Source: Epiperipatus broadwayi (lineage: Eukaryota; Animalia; Onychophora). From it: DNA of 64,000 bases. This document shows positions 55,123 through 64,000 of the stretch, in pieces; the stretch's first letter is position 1, and each line of letters opens with the position of its first letter. The stretch spans positions 27,032,001-27,096,000 of the forward strand of contig JAQFVV010000003.1 in NCBI GenBank assembly GCA_028023455.1, in the 5' to 3' direction. A program made the position numbers and the translations under genes. The notes beneath the pieces were generated by a model that was not told where the DNA came from, ran no database searches, and worked only from the letters and a program-made list of their open reading frames with translations.

Positions 55123-57499
55123 AGAATGCAAAAAAATAAAGGAGAAGATATAAGAACTTTTTTAAAATGATTTTATAGTTTATCTATAATAACTTTGCAT
55201 TTCATTTTTTAAATGAAAAGTGACATATTTATTATTTGATCTCAGTATATAATATTCTACATTTCATGATATGTATATAAAAACAGTTATCTCAAATTCT
55301 GAAATTTAACTGACTAATATTGTTTGTTTAATCTTATAGTGCATTAATGGAAGGCATTGTGATGAAGTGGTAGTATAATAATTGGCCTGCTATTTCCATG
55401 ATCTGCCCATTACCTGAGTTTAAACTTAGAAAAAAATGACTAATTTTCCAATAGTAATTTATAAATGGGTATTTTAAAGTAAAGTTTAAAACAAGGATGA
55501 ACTACTGATAAAATCCTTGATTTTCAGCAATTGGTAGACTTGGTAGATTATGGCTTTTTATTCATGGTTTCTGTTAGAGTAGAACTAAGGTGCTCAAACA
55601 TCACAATTCCCCAAGCAATTTGTTTAATTAATAAAAATTCAAAAAGTAACAGCATGAAATAGTACCTGATTATGAGATAATAAATAATAAAATGGCTTTA
55701 TTGCTTGGCAGTTCATATGAAGTTTAAGAATCAGAAGTGACAAAACTGAAATCAATCTGAAAATCTTATGCTGCAGAGTCTGCCAATGCTAAAACACACT
55801 GGCATTATGAGATAATATATTTTAATGTATCTGTTATGATGAGAGAAATGGACTGTAGTAGTACATCTGTGCTGTGAGATTCCAATGTTTGTGCACTGGC
55901 TAAGAATTGTAGCAGATCTCAGTAAAATATTAAATGTAAGGATGTGGATTTGATCATCTATAATTTGTGAAATTGCTGATTTAATCCTTCAGCTATATAT
56001 GAAAATGTGAATTGAGAAGATGCTACCATAAGGATAAAAGTGGTCTACATACATTTTGTATTGTTTCTAAAAATATATTATTTGAATTATTGCAATGTAC
56101 AAAATGTGAGCCAACATATCCATGATATTTGATTCCAAGTTTTGAATTGAAGATTTTATTGGAAGAATAAGACTGGAAAATAACAATGTGTACATAAAAA
56201 AAGTACATGCATAAAAAACTATCAGAAAGTATATATACTCTAAGTGTCAAAAAAGGACACATAATGATGTTAAATTCCTATTAGGAGAAAAGAACATCTT
56301 ATTTCAGCATTGCTCATGATCGATAAATATTATTCCCCAAGTTTGTCCTGCCTGATGGTGATGATATTAATGTTCTTTATTTTTTCTTTTATTATCTTAT
56401 CTAACTCAGAGCAGATTGACACCCACTTACTGACCAATAAATGGATATTTATCTTGGTTATTATAAATTTGTTGTCTTTAAAAAATATTAAAGTTTTCTT
56501 GAAATCCTTAATTACTATCTACATTTTTCAAGCTCTATGTAAATTCAACCCCTAGATATGGACATGATAGAATTCAAATACTAAAGTTTAACTGGGTGAA
56601 ACTGTTGTGCTCAGATTATCATTTTGATACTAAATAATCCCCTGAATGATAAACCACTTTTATTGAAAATTGCTGTACCTAACTCTTAAAAGTTGGCAAT
56701 ATGGTGTTAAATACATTCTGTCACATGTTTTTATGGTTCAAAGTTGGATTAACATTCAGTATCATTGGTAAATAAGAATTTAAATAGTTTTATATTTAGG
56801 GTGAAGATCTTAGAATGCTATAGATCAGTTAGATGAGTGAACAAAAGTCAAATATGACTGAGTATTAAATGAGATTCAAATTCACAGGAACACTAATCCT
56901 AATATTTACTTATATAAGTTTAAATCTTGCTGGTTAAAATGTAATTTTTTAAAAATTTGTTTTAAGATTTTTTTTTTAGAGGTAGTCAAATGCAGCTAAT
57001 TATCATACATTGTTTGTAAATAGTTGTCTTACTATTCTTAGAAAGTAAAACAAAGATGAAAAACGGTTCATCACTGATAATTGACAAGACTGGTAGTTTC
57101 TTTTTTAATTCTACTTTTCCTCTATACAGGCTATTGAAGGATTCTTTCCCTTGCATCAGGATATTTAAAAGCTGTTTTATCTTTTCATACATGCATATTT
57201 CTGTCATAATTACAACTTGATTGTTGTCAAATCCATTCAGATCTTTGAATTTCTTTTTCAAATGACTAGGGATTCCCATTAACATCATATGTTTTGTATC
57301 AAGAAATTTATTTAACACAAAATATACATAGTATTATGATTGACAGGATAAGAGGTTAAGCATGGTTAAAAATTCAAAAGTTCTCTTGCATGTATTATTA
57401 TGCGGACAATGGTTATCTTGTACAGCTTTGTATTGTTACTGATTTTAGTATTTCCAATGAATGACATTGTGTTCCTGCACCAAGTTGATGCTTAGAGTG

Positions 57500-59090
57500 A
57501 CCATAGAGTATTTATAGGGATATTAGATATATTGCTCTTTGATGATGAGTTGATGTGAGTTTGTTGCGGTGTTTGCATTATTGTTGGATTGGGACTTTGA
57601 ACAGTCTCCATGTCTCAAAAAAGGCCATACAGGTAGAGAGGATTTTATCCCTTTTTTGATGTTGTTGATGATGTTAATGAAGAGCTGGAGAGGATTTAAA
57701 TGAGTTCCTTCAAAGGCTAGCTTGCAGCAGATGGACCAGATGGAAAAAGTGAGAAATGTGGACAGTATTATCCAAGCAAATGTTTTCATGCCAAAGCAGC
57801 ATTGGATTGAGGTGATCATTTGAAAGTTGATCGAGTTTGTGTGGATTGTCTGATACTGTTGAGATTGGGCAGATGTTCAAAATGCATTCGAATGTCTCTG
57901 ATTCCCACCCAGAATTGGCATAGCAGGTCAATGTTATTGAATCCTCTTCTATTTACTAAAAACCATTTAGTGGGTAGAGCATCAAGATTTCTTTTTTATT
58001 ATGAAGTCCAGGAATTTTGCTTTGAGGCTCCAAAATTTAAACTGTGGTATGATTTTCTTGTTGGATATGTTAAGTCTGGAAATAGGAAAATAAGTTTGAG
58101 GATTCTGTAGATTATACGCATCCCAGTATTTCATTTTGGAGTAGGCAGTTGCAGGACAGCTGTAAAGGCCTTGAGAAGCAGAGGTAAGGATGATATCCAA
58201 TCCTGTTTGAGAGGTGATGGTCAGTCAGTTGAGTCAACTGGCATATAGACTTGAAAGTTGTCAAAGATAAGGGTTAATTTGTGAATAAGATTGTGGCTTT
58301 TTTGGAGAAAAAATGTATAGGGGGAGTGGTGTGAAAGACCATTCAGTCAGCAGGGATGGCGCACGCCTTCTAGACTAATGGCAACTGTTTTTTTACCCCA
58401 GAACACCTAGAGCAAAGAGTTAATTTTACTGACAAAGATTTTGGTAGGTTTAATAATTGGAAGGTAATAATTAATTTTGGGGAAAAGAACCATGTTAAGT
58501 AAGGTCACTTTCCCATGAAGTGAAAGGTAAACCTTAGTAAGTGATGTTGTTATTTTGTTGGCAGATTTTAATATTTCATTTTGAATTTGTGATGTGATGA
58601 TAGTAGGTGGTTTGTGTAGGGGATACCTAGGAAATTCTGAGGTTGTCCAAGGAAGTTAGTTGTAATCTTTTTCCCTGTAGCAATTCTTCACACAGTTGAT
58701 TTTAGAAGATTGAAGGAAAGTTTGTATTGGTGAGTGTAGTCATTTACATTTTTTTTGAGATGACCGAGATATTTCTGTCACAGCAAGACTATGAAGATGT
58801 CATCCATATATGCGAGAATTCCTATCTCCCTCTTTAGTCTGTGAATGATGTAAGCAATGAAAAGAATCACACTAAGAGGAGATCCTTGAGGAATTGAATG
58901 TGATGGTTTGAAGCTGTCAGAAGTTCTTCTATCTAAGGATATCAGTATGCATCGGTTTCTAAGAAGATTACTTATGATTTGGAGGTATGACTTGGGTATT
59001 GCATAGTCAGCCAGAGTTTTAAGTAGAATGTTGATCCTGACTGAATCAAATGTGGCAGCTATGTCCAATTAAATGGTATATGTTTTTACT
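57500..59090 (-). mobile_element. Decayed L1/Tx1-clade LINE (RT and downstream region)
   Basis: DIAATFDSV; SIPQGSPLSVILF; AYMDDI; YLSLHGKVTLLNMVLFPKINYYL; ALPTKWFL. Confidence 0.85.
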
Positions 59091-60015
59091 AACTGACTCT
59101 AGCTGTTCTTATCTAGGTAGTAAAATGAGGTTGTAAAAATCATAAAATCCCTGAGAGGATTCTCTCTCCTTCAAACTTTTCTCTGTGGAAGGATGCTAGA
59201 GATGCATTTGACTTGCGTGTAGATCATGGCTTTTATTTTATCTTTGAATGCATATTTGTTTTAATTAATAAAATGCAGAGAAAAAAAATTAAATGTAACA
59301 TACTTTTTAATAAAAAATCCATAAATAACATAACTAGCTACAGAAACGAACTGTAAATTTGTTATAAATTATATTTTACATAAGATTTTCATATAAGATA
59401 TAAATATATTTTGCTCAGTAAAAAAAAAAAAAAACTATTAAAATTATTAATAAAATTTAATTTCATCTAAACTTAGAATTTCAAAAGAGCTTGTTTTTGT
59501 TGACTAAAGATATTAAAATTATATAGGTCTCTCAGTAATTATATAAGATTATAATCATGTTTAATACAGATGAGAAATTCGTAATTTTTTAAAAAAGAAA
59601 CAGGTAGGAATGTTGAAAAATATAGTAATTTTTCAATTCAGTTAATTTTATAATTGTCATTTATAGTGTAGGTGTTTGATAATTTATATACATACATAAG
59701 TACACACACTGTGATACCCATATATAATGTATTGGGCGCAATATCGAGACCATAACTTCAGGAATTTAAAAAGTTTCATATTTAGTATTTGTGTCAGAGA
59801 AGATTTCATATGTCATTGCGACCCATACTTATAAAAGTATAAATATAATTCTGTTCAATACGTACAAATATATACATATGTGCATACACATACATATATA
59901 TGCTAAATTTAAGCTATACTATTATTATTATAGAAGGCGATAAGTGTACGTCCAACGATTATTTCAAAATAATCTTAGTGTGTTTACAAATTATTCACAT
60001 ACATATTAAAAACTT

Positions 60016-60077
<62 letters not shown>

Positions 60078-60097
60078 TTATTATTATTATTATTATT
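60016..60097. repeat. (CTA)n(TTA)n microsatellite
   Basis: Direct reading of the sequence. Confidence 0.95.
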
Positions 60098-62379
60098 GCA
60101 GCTATTAAATTATAAATGATAATTAAAAAGAATAATTGAATTGTTTGTTGCTAAAGGATTCACATAAAATTTGAACGCCAGAGGTGATCAGAAATGAACT
60201 ACTATTAATGGACCTTGAGCTCAGTGTCCAACCATTTTATTGCTGTTCCAAAACATATAGAGCAAAAAGTAATAATAATAATTAAATGGTTTAGGCTCAG
60301 ATATTCTCATGAAAATTCACGCTAAGTTTGAGTACCAGAAATGAAAGAATTCTGATTCTGTTATGCCCCGAAAATATTATTATCTCAATACCAATCGGGA
60401 GAGCACCAGTAACTATAAATAAACTCAAATACAATTTGAGATAAAAAAAACAAAAAAACAAATTTATTATAGAAACGAAATAAGGAATAAATAACAATTA
60501 GAAATTTCATAAGAAATCTCTAAAGTCTATAAATCAACTTCTTCTGGCGTGTGACAATTTCTACTTAAGCACAGTAGATAATTATAATCCATTACGTTGC
60601 GTTTTAAATGAAGAAAGTTCTTCAAGTACCAATTCTGATAGGACTGCAATATATACATATACGTTATGAACGATGATCCTAAACTTCTGCAGTTATATCA
60701 AAAGTTTACAGACAATCTGCTGCATTAGTTTCCTTACACATACACCAATAACTCCTAATAGATTTTTTTAAAAAAAAAAAATAGGAGTCCATTTTTGCAT
60801 AATTATTTATCATTAGCATAATTAATTACTAATATACATTTAAATGTCACTGGTATATTTTCTAGCGTAGCTTAAATGATAATAAGGAAATATTTTATTC
60901 ATATATAGTCTGTACTATGAAAAGCTTGTTTAATACTTTAAAATAAAAATGCTAAATACGTCAACATTGTTTGCTAAGTATGTTTTTAACTAATAGTCTT
61001 ACTCATAGCTATTATGAATATGACTACTAGTTAGTCAAAAGCATGTTCAGCATACTATATTGATGCATTTATCATTCTCATTTTAAAATATTAGACAAGC
61101 TTTTAATCAAAAGCATCAAGTTTTTCTTAAAGTACATGTATTATTTATATTAAATTACATTTTTTCGAGAAAAGTGTAAAACTATTGGAATTACATTGTA
61201 TAAGTAAACAATACATGCACAGATAGTCCACTCCTCCACCCTACTCTAAAAATATAATTATTATTCACACACATAATCCTCTTATTTTGCAGGTTTTCTG
61301 CATTCATGAGATGGTAATAATCATTACATTTTATGATGTGCTCAAAAGAAGGCATTACTCATTAAAAGCATCTGGATCCAGTTCTAGTTTAGTCATGATT
61401 ACCTAGTGCTGATATAAATAATAATAATGTGATTATATGTGTGTTTAAAATAAATGGTATTTAAATCAATTACAGAATCATAATATAATTAAGGAATTTA
61501 ATAATGAAACTGCTATGATATGGAAAGATTTTATGTCATGTATTAAGATCACATTGACTAAAATATTGAGAAAAGTGATGTTGGCAAACCATGAATAACC
61601 CAAATGATATTGGATTTAATTGAAAGTATAAAGTTAGATATAAAGTCTATGATTAATATAAAGTAATTAAAGACTTATCTTGTGTCCACAAGTCGGACTG
61701 AGTGGCCAGCAAATGAATATATATGCTAAAAGACATAATATTTTAAGTAATCAGAATAGCGAATAGTCCGCAACAACTCTATCTCTACAGTTCGCTAATG
61801 TTCAATTCCCTCGATGTACATTCAGGATAGCTGCTACAGCAACTGTTCACAATGGGCTAGGTTTATGCATACCTTGGCCCCAGTCCAGTTTAGCTGCACA
61901 CGAACACTTCGTAATATAGCACTGTGACTTACCTTAAGCTCCTTACAGCTTCTGTCTCTGCAACAGTCTACCAGTAACTCCACTTGAAAAACGCTGGAAA
62001 CTAAACTCTTTATTCAGCTGCTATCTGGACGTTTTCCTCAGGCTATGGTCTCCCAATCTCTGTGGGCCCTTTCAGCTATACCTGTGAACTACATTTGAGT
62101 GCTGGACATTAATTGAAGCACTGATGTGAGATCTCTCCTACCAAAATTGAACAGGAACTCTACTGGAGATGCACTCAAATGGCCTGACGTAGTTGTTATA
62201 TGCTCTTTTTATAGCTTTCTGATAACTGCAACAATTAATTACATTGTCCAATAAAGTAAGGTCTCTTATCTAGAAATACTTCCAATCAGCAAATATTTCT
62301 TGGAATTGTCGATCGCCATTACGTTAATGCTTTAATTAAATTCCTGTTATCAGTACGCAATCTAAAAACAACCTCTCGA

Positions 62380-64000
62380 ATAAATTGTAGTTTTTCTGGA
62401 GTGCACAAACTTGTATGCAATTTTTACAAAAATACAACAATTTAATAATATATAGAGTGGAAAAAACAAAATGGTTAAATATGATTAGAGAAGACATTAA
62501 AAACAACATGAAAATTAAAAATGTTGATTGGTTATATGAAAAATTCAAAATGTTGAATTGTAAAGGGAGAATATTTAGTAATATTTTTAAGACTAAGAAA
62601 TGAAAGATACTTTTTAAAAATAAAAAAGTTTGTAACTGCTGGAACGAGTATATGAAAAATTTGTTTAAAGGAGAAGAATTGACAAATATGAGATGTTATA
62701 AACAATATGAAAATGTTACTAATGAAAATAGGAAAGGATCTGCAATAACAAAAAAAGAATTTGATTATTAGATAAAAATAATAACACAATTGGTATAGAT
62801 GGAATTTCAATTGAACTTCTTAAAAAGTGTAATGATGTGATAAGATGTTATGAAGAATAAAGAATTTTATCAGATTTTATAATTACAAGAATTATTACAG
62901 TTTCAAATAAAATAATGAAAATGATTTCATGAATTATAGAATAAATAGCTGTATTATTTCATACCTCAAAGAATTTACTCATAATAGTTAAAAATAGAAT
63001 ACAAAACAAGATAGATGAGAATTTGAATGAAGATCAATATGGTTTTAGTTTTGGGAAAGAAATCTGAGAAATAATAATAGCATTAAGAATGATTTTAAAA
63101 AGAACCTCAGAGGTGATTAAGAAATCTCATGTGGAGTTTATCATCGTGGAGATGACTTTTAAAAAGGATTGGAAGTTTTTGTTTAGAATGATGAAGAATG
63201 TAGTCTACTATTTTGAACACTTTTTAGCCAAAATCTTTTATTGACCTATATTTATGCACAATCTTACATTTCAACTGTCCTGCAGTCTTCTTCAGAGCCA
63301 CTTTTATTTTAATTTTTTTTTTAAGTAAAAAAATGTGTTTTTTTTTTTTAAACAAAGTAGTGGATAAATTGTATTTATATAAGATATTACAGCAAAATAA
63401 AAGAAGAGGTGAATTTGATAAGGATGTAGTCCTTAATTGGAAGCATAGATGGTTAATTTTGAATTTATACAAATGTCAAAATACAGAAATAGATTTAAAA
63501 AGTTGTTAAACTAAAGCTAATATAGGAAGAGCTAAGGCAGAATTGTCCACTGTCACCTTATTTATTCAAATTATTTATTGAGAATATAATAATGATTATA
63601 AAAAAGAAAAATGAATAAATATTATTGGTGGAAATATTCATAATATTCGTTATGTAGATAACATAGCATTAATTGCAGTTTCAGAAAAAAGAAATAAAAT
63701 GCATAACATATTGAAGATGCTTTATATAGAGTCTTTTAATAAGATTAAGATGATGGAGATGGGTAAACAAAAGATAAAAGTATTGATAGATGTGCAGATA
63801 AATAATATGTTTAAAACAATTTAAGGAATTTTGTTATTTGGGGAATATGATTTATTATGACAATGGACATTTCTTAAAGATTACTGTTAGCAAAATGTGC
63901 TTTTCATAATAAAAAAAAACATTACTATTAAACAAACATATTGATATAAAAAACAAGATTATTAGAATCACCATTTAGAGTACATTGACATACGGATATG
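62380..64000 (+). mobile_element. Decayed RTE-clade LINE RT region, interrupted at about 63225-63475
   Basis: GIDGISIELLK; KNRIQNKIDENLNEDQYGFSFGKE; IIALRMIL; NIRYVDNIALIA. Confidence 0.8.
63225..63475 (-). mobile_element. Family D PLE-like fragment with hammerhead-like core
   Basis: Minus strand 63295-63253: CTGAAGA-A-GACTG-CAGGA-CAGTT-GAAA-TGTA-AGATTG-TGCA-TA. Confidence 0.6.

Noticed and set aside
61690-62330. GC-richer block
   Set aside because: Probably an old repeat; no termini, ORF or RNA motif identified.

Overview
Very AT-rich eukaryotic (probably invertebrate/arthropod) genomic DNA made up almost entirely of intronic/intergenic sequence and decayed transposons. The only convincing host coding feature is one minus-strand exon of a kelch-repeat (scruin-like) protein at 45231-45414. 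Recognisable mobile elements: a near full-length CR1-clade LINE (29290-36700) split by three nested insertions; CR1, RTE and L1/Tx1 fragments; a Penelope-like element (PLE) with a GIY-YIG remnant, inverted terminal repeats and a 14-bp flanking direct repeat; a Mutator-like element with ~285-bp TIRs and a 9-bp TSD; TA-flanked MITEs; and a tRNA-Gly(TCC)-derived SINE family with TSDs. The most notable pattern is about ten fold-back (hairpin) insertions from about seven sequence families. All are arranged tails-out, and most carry a minimal type-I hammerhead-ribozyme core (CUGAnGA - stem II - GAAA - short, often palindromic stem III - UH). One of them joins a tRNA-derived head to a hammerhead-bearing tail. 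All calls are by eye; boundaries are approximate unless a TSD is quoted.
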